In this document: piece by piece, positions 29,675 to 40,005 of the stretch
Numbering within the stretch: the first letter of the stretch is position 1
Layout of the letters: each line of letters opens with the position of its first letter
Origin: Alphaproteobacteria bacterium
GTDB lineage: Bacteria > Pseudomonadota > Alphaproteobacteria > UBA828 > JAPUJA01
Reading direction: 5' to 3'
DNA length: 64,000 bases
Assembly: GCA_963694715.1 (NCBI GenBank)
Contig: CAVOEB010000002.1
Location: 4,305 to 68,304 of the forward strand
Position numbers and translations under genes: made by a program
The notes under the pieces: generated by a model
Told to the model about the DNA's origin: nothing
The model's input: only the letters and a program-made list of their open reading frames with translations
Database searches by the model: none

Positions 29675-30773
29675 CTAGCAGGGCAGCGACGGATTGAGTT
29701 CGTAAAGGCAGCGCTCGACGCCGTAACCACATCCCCGGTCACGCAGCATGGCTTCAAGCTTAATGAAGCTGCTATGGAACGTCGCCAGCCGGGTCTGTCC
29801 ATCGGGCCGCTCCTCGATCGAGCGCGCGGCGAGCCCGCTGGCAATTACCTGCCCGGCAATCTGAACCGCCTCGTCGGACCCTTCGGTCACGGCTTCAGCC
29901 AACGCGGGCCCGAAACCGTCGAGATTTGCGGCGAAGCTCTTGTAGCGGACCGGCCCCTCAGGATCGAGGATCACACAGATGCGCCCAACCAACTCGTCTT
30001 CGCTGAGCGGCTGGCATCCCCCCGTGCCACGCTCGGCCGCATCGAGCACGGCGACGACGGACCGGGCCATCTCGGTATTGTTGACGGAACGATCAAGCCA
30101 GAGGGCGAGGCGGCCTTCGCGCACGGCTCGATGGGCCGCATCCCAGTGGCACCCAAACGCACAGGCCAAGGCCCGCGGATGGTCATAGCCGGTTCCAAGG
30201 AATTCGTAGGGTTGGTGCGAGCGGCGTCGGGGTTCGGCGAAGGACGGGCCGCCGCGGCGTCCCGCGAGCCAGCCCTGCAGCCGCTCGAGCGTCCAGCGGT
30301 ATTTCGGAACGTCGGTGAGCAACCCGGCCAGCAACTCTGTCATCGCGAGGGTCGCGTTGCACAACCCCGCGATGGCCTCGAGCGATCCGACGGCGAGACG
30401 CCGGGCAATCACCGTGTCGTCGTCAACGCCGGCCAGGGGGTGACGCCCGGCCAGAAGCGCCACAAGTGTGACGCCCAGCGCAAAAAAATCAGCCTCGGGC
30501 GTCCCCTCGCCCCGGCCGGACGGTTGCGCCATGGCGCTCTCGATGGGCTCGTAGGCGAGAGGCTGACTGCGCCCGGGCGCCGCCGCTCGCGCACCCGCCT
30601 ATAACGACCCGGCTGCCCTTATCATCAAGAGAATAGATGGTTTCCGGACGCAGCGAGCGGTGAACGAGACCGCGGCCGTGCAACACCGCCAAGCCCTCCA
30701 CCAGAGCCGGCAGCACGCCGCGGACTAATTCGTCTTCTGACCACGGCTTGGGCGGCCCTTCGGCCGGAAACAA
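29675..30773 (-). pseudogene. Ser/Thr protein-kinase-like gene, frameshifted and catalytically degenerate
   Basis: Track ORF 30489..30773 holds the hinge and catalytic loop (…LAVLHGRGLVHRSLRPETIYSLDD…). Track ORF 29675..30532 (different frame) holds the APE/subdomain IX-XI region (PLAYEPIES…GEGTPEADFFALGVTLVALLAGRHPLAG…). The HRD Asp is replaced by Ser, no DFG, no recognisable Gly-loop upstream. One frameshift lies near 30550-30590. Confidence 0.5.
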
Positions 30774-30943
30774 CGCGCCGCCGACAGGCCAATCGAGGAC
30801 GAGGAGGCGCGACTGGCGTCCGCTGCGCGGCTGGGGACAACGATACTGTGCGCCGCCAGCCGCAGCGGGCAGCGGTGGCGCAGTGTACGCAAGGTTTCCA
30901 GGGCTTCGCCCCGGACGGGTGCGCCCGTCCGGCAGATCAGACC

Positions 30944-31117
30944 TTACAGCGAGGCGTTGGAGTCCTCGGGATCGACAACCTCGAACGCTTCGGCAAACGG
31001 GGGGTCAAGCTCGGGCAAGCGGCGATCGAAGCAGATGCGATAGCAACCTTCCAAATTTCGCGATTCACCTGCCCGTTCGCCATCGTCGACCCGGGCTTGT
31101 ATAGATTCTCGTGTCAT
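30944..31117 (-). CDS. Small ORF (57 aa) with a strong ribosome-binding site, function unknown
   Basis: AGAGGA 5 nt upstream of ATG. MTRESIQARVDDGERAGESRNLEGCYRICFDRRLPELDPPFAEAFEVVDPEDSNASL. Lies in a lower-GC pocket and is not in the ORF track (shorter than 60 aa). Confidence 0.3.
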   Translation of the reverse strand: MTRESIQARVDDGERAGESRNLEGCYRICFDRRLPELDPPFAEAFEVVDPEDSNASL

Positions 31118-31215
31118 TTCAATCCTCTACAGGACGCACTGCGTGCACCACATAAAACATTGGAGGTTGCAAGGGATCGGTTAACACTTAGAAGAAATCT
31201 CGTCCGATTCGGGGC

Positions 31216-32505
31216 TCAATCGGCGAAGGGATCGGTCACCAGGATAGTGTCTTCGCGCTCGGGGCTGGTCGAGAGCAGGGCGACAGGCACCCCGATAAAC
31301 TCTTCGAGGCGGCGGATGTATTTGACGGCCGTGGCCGGAAGCTGGGCCCAACTGCGCGCCCCGCGGGTGCTATCGGACCAGCCTTCCATGGTCTCGTAAA
31401 TCGGCTCGACCGCCGCCTGCAGGGCACTGCAGGCGGGCAGGTAGTCGAGTGTCTCACCAGCGCAATTGTAGCCGACACAAACCTTCAATTCCTCGACCCC
31501 GTCCAACACGTCGAGCTTGGTCAGAGCTATCCCCGAGATGCCGCCGATCTTGACCGCCTGGCGAACCAGCACCGCGTCGAACCAGCCGCACCGCCGTTTG
31601 CGCCCCGTGACCGTGCCAAACTCGCGACCGCGCTCGCCCAGACCCTGGCCGACGGCATCGGTCAGTTCGGTCGGAAACGGACCGCCGCCGACGCGCGTCG
31701 TGTAGGCCTTGGTAATGCCCAGCACGTAACCGACCGTGCCCGGCCCCACTCCGGCGCCGGCGCAGACCTGCCCCGCCACCGTGTTCGACGAGGTGACGAA
31801 GGGATAGGTTCCGTGATCGATGTCGAGCATCATTCCCTGCGCGCCCTCGAAGAGCACGCGCTCCCGATTGCGCCGGGCGTCGTCGAGCCGCCTCCAGGCC
31901 GGACCGGCATAGGACAGGACACGCGGCGCGATCTCGTCAAGTTGGGCTATGAGCGCGGCGCCGTCGACCTCCTCGACACCCAAGCCGCGGCGCAACGCGT
32001 TATGGTGGAGCAGAAGCTCGTCGAGTTGTGCGCGCAAACGCTCGGGGTTTGCGAGATCGCATACCCGGACGGCGCGACGCGCCACCTTATCTTCGTAGGC
32101 GGGACCGATCCCCCGACCGGTTGTCCCGATCTTGGCTTCGCCTCGCGCCGCCTCGCGAATTTGGTCGATCTCGGGATGCAGCGGCAGGATGAGCGCGGCG
32201 TTCTCCGCGACGAGCAGCTTGTCGGGACCGACCGGGTAACCACGCTCGGCCAAGCGGTCGATCTCGCCCAGCAAGGCCCAGGGATCGATCACCACACCGT
32301 TGCCGATAACGGAAAATTTGCCCCGTACCGCGCCCGAGGGCAGCAGGCTGAGATGAAATTCCTCGTCGCCAACGACCAGGGTGTGACCCGCATTATGGCC
32401 GCCCTGGAAGCGCGCGACGACATCCGCCCGGCGGGCAAGCCAGTCGACAATCTTACCCTTTCCTTCGTCGCCCCACTGGGCGCCGACGACAACAACATTG
32501 GCCAT
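31216..32505 (-). CDS. purA: Adenylosuccinate synthetase
   Basis: [21 protein letters not shown]… with full-length strong conservation. Confidence 0.9.
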   Translation of the reverse strand: MANVVVVGAQWGDEGKGKIVDWLARRADVVARFQGGHNAGHTLVVGDEEFHLSLLPSGAVRGKFSVIGNGVVIDPWALLGEIDRLAERGYPVGPDKLLVAENAALILPLHPEIDQIREAARGEAKIGTTGRGIGPAYEDKVARRAVRVCDLANPERLRAQLDELLLHHNALRRGLGVEEVDGAALIAQLDEIAPRVLSYAGPAWRRLDDARRNRERVLFEGAQGMMLDIDHGTYPFVTSSNTVAGQVCAGAGVGPGTVGYVLGITKAYTTRVGGGPFPTELTDAVGQGLGERGREFGTVTGRKRRCGWFDAVLVRQAVKIGGISGIALTKLDVLDGVEELKVCVGYNCAGETLDYLPACSALQAAVEPIYETMEGWSDSTRGARSWAQLPATAVKYIRRLEEFIGVPVALLSTSPEREDTILVTDPFAD

Positions 32506-32508
32506 ACT

Positions 32509-33669
32509 TTAACTCTCCGTCGATTCGAGCGCCCGGGCCGCGGCGCCATCCCACACCCAGCCACAGCGCATGAGGGCAGCCTCGGCGCCCGTATCGCCAG
32601 CGGCTTGAAGACCCGCGATGGTGATCCAGCCTTCGGCTCTCAGACCGGCACCGACGGCGAGATCGGTGCCGAGGGGAAGGAAAATGCGCCGTCCGTCGGG
32701 CGGCGGCGAAAGGGCACGCAACACCGTGTGCATGTAAAGGCTGGCGCCGGTGGCGGATTCGCCGCTTGCCGGATCGCCGACGTTGTAACGCCCGCCCCGA
32801 CCGAGTTCCGCCGCCTCGGCACGAGCAAAAATGGAGAAGCTCACACCACTGTGATACTCGAACCCGCGGTGCTCGACCGCATCGACCGTCAAGCCCAGGT
32901 CGGGAATCGCGGTCGCAACCAGTTCGGCCACCGCGCCGAGCTCAGCGGCGCTTTGTCGCGCGCCATCGGGCAGATCGAGTTTGGCCAAGGCCGGTAGGGC
33001 CGTGTGCGCCGGTCCACCGACCGCGAGCAGCGCAGCGAGCAAGGCTCCCGCTTCTCCGCCCAACGCTTCAACGGCGGCCGCATCCTTGCGATCAAGTGCG
33101 CGCCGGGCGACCTGGGCGGCACCGCCCTCCAAACCGAGCGCCGCGCATACTAAAGGCACTAGCGTCGGTGCGTTGAGGTCTATGGTCAGGTCTGCGACGC
33201 CCACCGCCGCAAGGCCCTCGGCGACGAGGCGCACGACCTCGGCGTCGCCCTCGGGCGTGGCGTTGCCGATGAGTTCGAAGCCGACCTGAGCGAACTCGCG
33301 CTCGGGACGCAAGCCGCCGCCTTTCACCCGCAACACCTCGCCCGCGTAGCTCAAGCGCAAGGGACGGGGCGCCGTCGCCAAACGGCTCCGGGCGATGCGC
33401 GCGACCTGCAGCGTCATGTCGGCACGCACGCCCATCATGCGGCGCGAGACCGGATCCATGACCCGGAAAATATCCATCGCCATGGCCTGGCCGCTACCCT
33501 CGATCAGATTTTCCTCGAACTCGACCAGAGGGGGCTTGACCCGTTCGTAGCCATGGCCGGCCAGCTCGGCCAGCACGCGTTCGATGACCGCTGCCTCGAA
33601 CGCGGCATCAGGCGCCAGGACATCTTTCAGCCCGGCAGGCAGCAGCCCTAATTCCTTGCCTTCGACCAT
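32509..33669 (-). CDS. hisZ: ATP phosphoribosyltransferase regulatory subunit
   Basis: HisRS-like class II aaRS core lacking the anticodon domain (LPAGLKDVLAP…). The purA-adjacent placement is typical. Start is uncertain (33669 or 33702). Confidence 0.8.
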   Translation of the reverse strand: MVEGKELGLLPAGLKDVLAPDAAFEAAVIERVLAELAGHGYERVKPPLVEFEENLIEGSGQAMAMDIFRVMDPVSRRMMGVRADMTLQVARIARSRLATAPRPLRLSYAGEVLRVKGGGLRPEREFAQVGFELIGNATPEGDAEVVRLVAEGLAAVGVADLTIDLNAPTLVPLVCAALGLEGGAAQVARRALDRKDAAAVEALGGEAGALLAALLAVGGPAHTALPALAKLDLPDGARQSAAELGAVAELVATAIPDLGLTVDAVEHRGFEYHSGVSFSIFARAEAAELGRGGRYNVGDPASGESATGASLYMHTVLRALSPPPDGRRIFLPLGTDLAVGAGLRAEGWITIAGLQAAGDTGAEAALMRCGWVWDGAAARALESTES

Positions 33670-33723
33670 GAAGCGGCCCGTCCCCGTCAACCCTAGCGCC
33701 ACGCCCGGCGGCGCACAACGCGG

Positions 33724-35301
33724 TCAGAAATGAAGCGCCTTGGCCTGAATAACATGTGGCAGGGCGCGAACTCTTTTGAGTACCCCATCGGGTACTGGAT
33801 CGTCCACCTGAATGAGGCCGATGGCATCGCCTTTCGGCGCGGCGCGACCAAGATGGAAGGTCGCGATGTTGACGCCCGCGTCGCCGAGGATCTGCCCGAG
33901 AGCACCGATCAGACCTGGTTTGTCCTCGTTGGTCACGTAGAGCATATGGGGCGAAAGCTCGGCCTCGATGGGGATGCCCTTGACCTCGACCAAACGCGGC
34001 CGGGAGCCGGCGAACAGGGTTCCGGCCACGGTTTGCTCCTGGCGCTCGGTGACCACGGTGAGCCGGATCAAGGTCTGGTAGTCGCTTGGCCGGTCGTGAC
34101 GCACCTCGGAAACGTCGATGCTGCGTTCGCGCGCGACCACCGGAGCGTTGACCATGTTGACCGATTCCATCAGCGGGCTTAGCAGGCCTTCGAGGCAGAT
34201 CGCCGTCAGCGGCTTGGTGTTAAGCCCGGCAACATGGCCCTCGTACTCGATCCGTGCCGCGCGCAGGCCGCGTTCGGTCAGCTGGCCGACGAAGCTCCCG
34301 AGCTGCTTGGCGAGCTGAAGATAGGGTTTTAGCCGCGGCGCCTCCTCGGCACTGACCGAAGGCATGTTGAACGCGTTGCTGGCCGCGCCGGTCAGCAGAA
34401 AATCCGAAATCTGCTCGGCGATCTGTCCGGCGACGCTGTCCTGGGCCTCCGCGGTCGCGGCACCGAGATGGGGCGTGGCGACGAATTCGTCCATGCCGAA
34501 CAGGGGGTTGTCGGTGGCAGGCTCGGTTTCGAACACGTCGAATGCGGCGCCGGCGAGATGGCCGCTTTCGAGCGCGGTCTTGAGCGCCGCCTCGTCAACC
34601 AGACCGCCGCGCGCGCAGTTGAGCAGCCGGGCACCGGGCTTCATTCGCCCGATCACCGCAGCATCGATCAGGTGCCGGGTCTGGTCCGTCAGCGGCGTGT
34701 GCAGGGAGACCACGTCGGCGCGCGCCAGAAGCTCGTCAAATTCGACCTTTTCGACGCCTAGCGCCTGGGCGTGCTCCGGAGATAGATAAGGATCGTAGGC
34801 GATGGCCCGCATGCGCAAGCCCTGGGCGAGACGTGCCACGATCGAGCCGATATTACCGCACCCGACGATGCCCAGCACCTTCTGGCACAACTCGACCCCC
34901 ATGAACCGTGACTTTGCCCATTCGCCTGCCTGGGTCGAGCGGTCGGCCTGGGGGATCTGGCGGGCCAGCGCCATCAACATCGCGATAGTGTGCTCGGCCG
35001 TGGTTATCGAATTGCCGTACGGCGTGTTCATCACGACGATGCCGCGCGCGGTGGCCGCCGCGAGATCGACATTGTCGATCCCTATCCCGGCGCGGCCCAC
35101 GACCTTGAGATCGGGGGCGGCGGCCAAGAGCTCGGCGGTGACCTGTGTGCTCGAGCGCACGACCAGTCCGTCGGCACCGGCCAGGGCAGCGGCCAACGCG
35201 CTCGCGTCAAGACCGGGGCGCATCTCGGCCTCGATGCCCCGCTCGGCAAACATCTCGAGACACCGGGGGCTGAGCTTGTCGGAAATAAGAACCTTGGGCA
35301 T
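33724..35301 (-). CDS. serA: D-3-phosphoglycerate dehydrogenase with C-terminal ACT domain
   Basis: 525 aa. NAD-binding GxGxxG (GIVGCGNIG), catalytic R/E/H positions and an ASB/ACT C-terminus. Confidence 0.9.
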   Translation of the reverse strand: MPKVLISDKLSPRCLEMFAERGIEAEMRPGLDASALAAALAGADGLVVRSSTQVTAELLAAAPDLKVVGRAGIGIDNVDLAAATARGIVVMNTPYGNSITTAEHTIAMLMALARQIPQADRSTQAGEWAKSRFMGVELCQKVLGIVGCGNIGSIVARLAQGLRMRAIAYDPYLSPEHAQALGVEKVEFDELLARADVVSLHTPLTDQTRHLIDAAVIGRMKPGARLLNCARGGLVDEAALKTALESGHLAGAAFDVFETEPATDNPLFGMDEFVATPHLGAATAEAQDSVAGQIAEQISDFLLTGAASNAFNMPSVSAEEAPRLKPYLQLAKQLGSFVGQLTERGLRAARIEYEGHVAGLNTKPLTAICLEGLLSPLMESVNMVNAPVVARERSIDVSEVRHDRPSDYQTLIRLTVVTERQEQTVAGTLFAGSRPRLVEVKGIPIEAELSPHMLYVTNEDKPGLIGALGQILGDAGVNIATFHLGRAAPKGDAIGLIQVDDPVPDGVLKRVRALPHVIQAKALHF

Positions 35302-35425
35302 TATGGGACCCCCTCTTCCGCCCGGCTATTACGGCGGCGCCAAGATCGCCAAAAGCGGTTGGCAAGCCGGGATCAGCTAACATAGGATGACACTGTGAGA
35401 AAAGACACACTCGGGGATAAGCTCA

Positions 35426-35809
35426 ATGACGGACGCATCGTCCGGGCCTCTCTACCACAGCCTCGGCGGCTATGACGCGGTCGCATCCGTCGTCAGCGCA
35501 TTCGCCGCCCCCGAGACCGCAGTTTTTTTTCGCGGTCATAGCCGCCAGAACCGCCAACGAATCGTGCAGCGCACGGTCGATTTCTTCTGCGCGCTTGCGG
35601 GCGGCCCGGCGATCCACACGGGCGCGGACATGGTAAGCGCCCGTGATGGGCTGGCGTTAACCGAACGCGACTGGCACGCCACCGGCGCCCACTTGGTTGG
35701 CGCGCTCGACGCTCACGCTGTGGCGGAGACCGAAAAGAACGAATCGCTCGAGCTGATCACGCGCTACAAGGAGGAGATCGTCGCGCCGACGAAGAATGGA
35801 GCCGGATGA
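35426..35809 (+). CDS. Truncated (2/2) hemoglobin family protein
   Basis: PLYHSLGGYDAVASVV…F pattern of the trHb globin fold. 127 aa. Confidence 0.65.
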   Translation: MTDASSGPLYHSLGGYDAVASVVSAFAAPETAVFFRGHSRQNRQRIVQRTVDFFCALAGGPAIHTGADMVSARDGLALTERDWHATGAHLVGALDAHAVAETEKNESLELITRYKEEIVAPTKNGAG

Positions 35810-36597
35810 TTGTCGAACAGATCTGGACCGGAAACGCGTATCGCAATTTCAATTATCTCATCGCCTGCCCCGAGACTGGCGAAGCGCTCGCGATCGACCC
35901 TCTCGATCACCGCAAATGCCTTGCCCGGGCGGCGGACAAGGGCTGGAGCGTCACCCAGGTGCTCAATACGCACGAGCATGGCGACCACACGGGTGGCAAC
36001 GCCGCGATGATCGAGGCCACAGGGGCGACGCTGCTCGCGCATAAGAACGCGAAGGATGCGATCCCCGGGCTCGACTGCGGGCTCGACGCCGGCGATGTAG
36101 TCCGGGTCGGGCGCAGCGTCGAGCTTGAGGTGCTTGACACACCGGGCCACACCATGAGCCATGTCTGCCTGCTCACCCACACGGACGAACCCGCGCTGTT
36201 TTGCGGCGACACCCTGTTCAACGCAGGCGCGGGAAACTGCCACAATGGGGGCCATCCCCACGAGCTCTACGTGAGCTTCGAAACCCAGCTCGCGCGCCTG
36301 CCCGACGCGACGCGGATCTTCCCGGGCCACGATTACATCGCCAACAATTTGCGCTTTACCCTCGACCGGGAGTCCGGTAACGCGCCCGCGGCGGCGCTCT
36401 TGGCCACGATCGAGTCGCAAGACCCGGACGACGCCCTGGTGACGACTCTGGGCCAGGAAAAGGACGTCAACAGCTTCTTCCGGCTCTCCAGTCCGACGAT
36501 TATCACGCGGCTGCGCGAGGCCTTTCCCGACCTGGGTGACGAGCCCGACCCCGAGGCGGTGTTCCTGTGCCTGCGCGAACTGCGCAATTCGTGGTAG
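35806..36597 (+). CDS. gloB: Hydroxyacylglutathione hydrolase (glyoxalase II)
   Basis: THEHGDHTGGN and DTPGHT metal-binding motifs. Its start overlaps the hemoglobin stop (ATGA). Confidence 0.85.
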   Translation: MIVEQIWTGNAYRNFNYLIACPETGEALAIDPLDHRKCLARAADKGWSVTQVLNTHEHGDHTGGNAAMIEATGATLLAHKNAKDAIPGLDCGLDAGDVVRVGRSVELEVLDTPGHTMSHVCLLTHTDEPALFCGDTLFNAGAGNCHNGGHPHELYVSFETQLARLPDATRIFPGHDYIANNLRFTLDRESGNAPAAALLATIESQDPDDALVTTLGQEKDVNSFFRLSSPTIITRLREAFPDLGDEPDPEAVFLCLRELRNSW

Positions 36598-37898
36598 GCG
36601 CGATTCCCAAGACCCGAATTATCCGTTCATTGCGCCGCTCCGCTGTGCTGGGGATCTGCTTCGCGTTCGCCGTGTTGCTGGCGAGCCCGGCCGACGCGGG
36701 CGGCAGCGCCAGCAGCGATCCCATGGTGGCGGAGGCCCGCGCCATTCACGAGCGGGTCTTCACCCTCGATTCCCACGTCGATATTCCGTTCGTCTTCGGC
36801 ACCGATCTGGCCGATCCGGGCGACGACGGCAGTTGGCAGGTCGACCTGCCCAAGATGGCCGCTGGCGGTCTCGATGGCGCGTTCTTCGTGGTCTATGTCG
36901 GCCAGCGGGAACGGACGATCGAGGGCTACGGCCGGGCGACCACCGACGCGCTGGTCAAGTTCGAGGCGATCGGCAGGATGACCGAGGATTACGCCGAGCA
37001 GATCGGCCTTGCCGACACGGCGGCCGAGGCGCGCCGTCTGCACGAAGCCGGACGCCTGGTGGCGCTGATCGGGATCGAGAACGGCTTCGTGATCGGCGAG
37101 GATATAGCGTTGCTCGCACGCTACCGCGAACTCGGCGCGCGCTACATGACGCTGACCCATAACGGCCATAACGCGATCGGCGATTCCGCCCAGCCCGACT
37201 CCGAACTGGGCGACGAAGACGCGGAGCATGGCGGGCTCTCGGAATTCGGCCGCCAGGTGGTCGGCGAAATGAACCGGCTCGGCATCCTGATCGACGTCTC
37301 GCATATCGCGCCCGCGACCCTGATTGATGCCATCGCCGCATCAGCGGCTCCGGTGATCGCGTCGCACTCAAATGCCCGCGCGCTGATCGACCATCCGCGC
37401 AACCTCGACGACGAACAGCTCAGGGCCATCGCCGCGAGCGGCGGCGTGATCCAGACGGTCGCGTATCCGACCCACCTGATCACTTACCCGCCCGAGCAGA
37501 CGGAGGCCGACTGGGCGTTCCACGAGGAGTGGGGCCTGATGGGCCATGACGACTGGCGAGTGCTGGAGCGCGACGAGCCGCACCGGGTCGCCTACGAGGC
37601 GGCCTACGACGCGCTGATGGCCCGGTGGCCCGAGCCTTCGGTGGCCGACCTGGTCGATCACATTGACCATATGGTCGGCGTCGTCGGGGTCGACCATGTG
37701 GGGATCAGTTCAGACTTTGGCGGCGGCGGCGGCGTCGCCGGCTGGCGCCACGCCGGCGAGGGCTTCAACGTTACCCTCGAGCTGGCGCGCCGGGGCTATT
37801 CGGAGGCGGAGATCGCCAAGCTGTGGGGCGGCAACCTGCTGCGCGCCCTCGAAGATGCCGAACGGATCAGTACCGATCTTCAGGAAACGGTGAACTAG
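36567..37898 (+). CDS. Membrane/renal dipeptidase family (peptidase M19), secreted
   Basis: Signal peptide. Motifs [16 protein letters not shown] and DVSHIAPA of M19 dipeptidases. The alternative GTG start at 36591 would reduce the overlap with gloB. Confidence 0.8.
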   Translation: MPARTAQFVVGAIPKTRIIRSLRRSAVLGICFAFAVLLASPADAGGSASSDPMVAEARAIHERVFTLDSHVDIPFVFGTDLADPGDDGSWQVDLPKMAAGGLDGAFFVVYVGQRERTIEGYGRATTDALVKFEAIGRMTEDYAEQIGLADTAAEARRLHEAGRLVALIGIENGFVIGEDIALLARYRELGARYMTLTHNGHNAIGDSAQPDSELGDEDAEHGGLSEFGRQVVGEMNRLGILIDVSHIAPATLIDAIAASAAPVIASHSNARALIDHPRNLDDEQLRAIAASGGVIQTVAYPTHLITYPPEQTEADWAFHEEWGLMGHDDWRVLERDEPHRVAYEAAYDALMARWPEPSVADLVDHIDHMVGVVGVDHVGISSDFGGGGGVAGWRHAGEGFNVTLELARRGYSEAEIAKLWGGNLLRALEDAERISTDLQETVN

Positions 37899-39058
37899 CC
37901 GGCGCGAACCTGCGCCCAGGCCCAGTCGAGCCAAGGAAACAACGCTTCTAGATCTGCCGTTTCGACGGTCGCGCCCGCCCATAGCCGTAAGCCGGGCGGG
38001 GCGTCGCGGTAGGCGGCGATATCGAAGGCCACCCCTTCCGCCTCGAGAAATTTCGCCAAGGACTTGGCGAGGACTGCCTGGTCATTGACCGGGCGGGCGG
38101 CGATTTCCGGGTCGGCGAACCGCAGACAGACCGAGGTGCAGGAGCGCGCCGCTGGATCCGCGGCGAGGAACTCAATCCACCTGGTGCGCGCAACCCAGGT
38201 CTCGATGGCGTCGAGATTGGTCCGGCTGCGCGCGATCAACGCCTCCAGCCCGCCGATCGATTCCGCCCAACCGAGAGCGTCGAGCGCGTCTTCGACGCAC
38301 AGCATCGAAGGCGTATTGATGGTCGCGCCTTCGAAAATTTCCTCGTTGAGCCGTCCGCCCTTGGTCAAACGAAAGAGCTTCGGCAGTGGCCAGGGTGGCG
38401 CATAGCTTTCGAGCCGCTCGACGGCGCGCGGTCCCAGAACCAGCATGCCGAGCCCGGCCTCGCCACCTAGCGCCTTCTGCCAGGAGAAAGTGACGACATC
38501 GAGCGCCGCCCAGGGCAGCGCCATGGCGAACGCGGCCGAAGTCGCATCGCAGATCGTCAACCCCTCACGGTCCGCCGCGATCCAGTCGCCGTCGGGCAAG
38601 GCAACCCCCGAGGTCGTACCGTTCCAGACGAACACCACGTCGCGCGCGAAATCGACCGCGCCCAGATCGGGCAGGCCGCCGTAGGCGGCATCGAAACTGC
38701 GAACGTCGTCGAGCTTCAATTGCTTGATCACGTCGCTCGCCCACCCAGCGCCGAAGCTCTCCCACACCAGAAGGTCGACGCCACGCGGCCCCAGCAACGA
38801 CCACAGCGCCATTTCGACCGCCCCCGTGTCCGAAGCCGGCACGATGGCGATGCGCCAGCCCTCGGGCACCCCGAGTAGCGCCCCGGTGCGCTCGATCAGC
38901 GCCTTGAGGCGCGCCTTGCCGGCGGCGGACCGATGGGAGCGCCCAAGCAGGGCGCTGTTCAGGGTCTCGGGCGTCCAGCCGGGGCGCTTGGCACAGGGGC
39001 CCGACGAGAAACACGGGTTGGCCGGGCGGACGGTGGGCGTTTCGATAGATGGGTTCAT
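37895..39058 (-). CDS. serC: Phosphoserine aminotransferase (long alpha-type SerC)
   Basis: Start [28 protein letters not shown] at 39058. PLP-lysine region [12 protein letters not shown]. Confidence 0.85.
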   Translation of the reverse strand: MNPSIETPTVRPANPCFSSGPCAKRPGWTPETLNSALLGRSHRSAAGKARLKALIERTGALLGVPEGWRIAIVPASDTGAVEMALWSLLGPRGVDLLVWESFGAGWASDVIKQLKLDDVRSFDAAYGGLPDLGAVDFARDVVFVWNGTTSGVALPDGDWIAADREGLTICDATSAAFAMALPWAALDVVTFSWQKALGGEAGLGMLVLGPRAVERLESYAPPWPLPKLFRLTKGGRLNEEIFEGATINTPSMLCVEDALDALGWAESIGGLEALIARSRTNLDAIETWVARTRWIEFLAADPAARSCTSVCLRFADPEIAARPVNDQAVLAKSLAKFLEAEGVAFDIAAYRDAPPGLRLWAGATVETADLEALFPWLDWAWAQVRAG

Positions 39059-39086
39059 GGCGCTGGCCGCAAGCCGCTCCCGCCGC

Positions 39087-39866
39087 TCAGAGAGTAATTT
39101 CGCCGTCGAGGTAGAGCGCGACACGCCCCTCGATGCGCACCCGTGCGCCTTGAAGCTCGCAGGTGAGCACGCCACCACGCGCGGAAATCTGGCGCGCCTC
39201 CAACCGGGTCTTGCCCAAGCGCTCCGCCCAGTAGGGCGTCAGCAGGCAGTGGGCCGAACCGGTCACCGGGTCTTCGGCGATGCCCGCCCGGGGCGCGAAG
39301 AAGCGCGAGACGAAGTCGACGCTCTGGCCGGGCGCGGTGGCGATCACGCCGCGCCGGTCGAGGCGCGTAAGCGCCGCCATGTCGGGTGCCAGCGCCGCCA
39401 CGTCGGCTTCGGAGGCGAACACGGCTAGGTAGTCCATCTCCGCCAGTACCACATCAGGCTCGGTGCCCAGGCCGGCGACGAGGTCGGCCGGGGCAGCGCA
39501 CGGCTCAGGCGGCAGGGCGGGGAAATCCATCGCCAGAGAATCGCCAGCGCGGCTGACCGTGAGCGGGCCGCTAGCGCTCGAAAAGGTCACGCTCTCGCGG
39601 GTAGGGTCGAGAATCGTGAGCACCACATGGCCGGACGCGAGAGTGGCGTGGCCGCACAACTCTACCTCGATTGCCGGGGTAAACCAGCGCAACGCGAAGC
39701 CGTCGCCTTCGGGTACAAAAAACGCCGTCTCGGAAAGATTGTTCTCGGCCGCGATCGCCTGCAGCACGGCGTCGTCGAGCCAGCTCTCAAGCGGGCAAAC
39801 CGCCGCCGGATTGCCCGCGAAAACCCGGCTCGTAAAGGCGTCGACCTGGAACAGACGGAGCTTCAT
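39087..39866 (-). CDS. PhzF-family (phenazine-biosynthesis-like) isomerase
   Basis: Start [23 protein letters not shown] at 39866. DAP-epimerase-like fold with conserved E and the C-terminal pattern. Confidence 0.75.
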   Translation of the reverse strand: MKLRLFQVDAFTSRVFAGNPAAVCPLESWLDDAVLQAIAAENNLSETAFFVPEGDGFALRWFTPAIEVELCGHATLASGHVVLTILDPTRESVTFSSASGPLTVSRAGDSLAMDFPALPPEPCAAPADLVAGLGTEPDVVLAEMDYLAVFASEADVAALAPDMAALTRLDRRGVIATAPGQSVDFVSRFFAPRAGIAEDPVTGSAHCLLTPYWAERLGKTRLEARQISARGGVLTCELQGARVRIEGRVALYLDGEITL

Positions 39867-40005
39867 GCCCTTTTGTCTCACCCGCATTCCACCGACGCAA
39901 CCCCGGAGGCGAGGGGACGGTTGAGAACAATGTTTTTCCCCGCCGAAACGAACGCTATCATCGACAAAAAACAGGGGCGGCCTAGCCGCCTGCGGGAGAT
40001 GTGGT

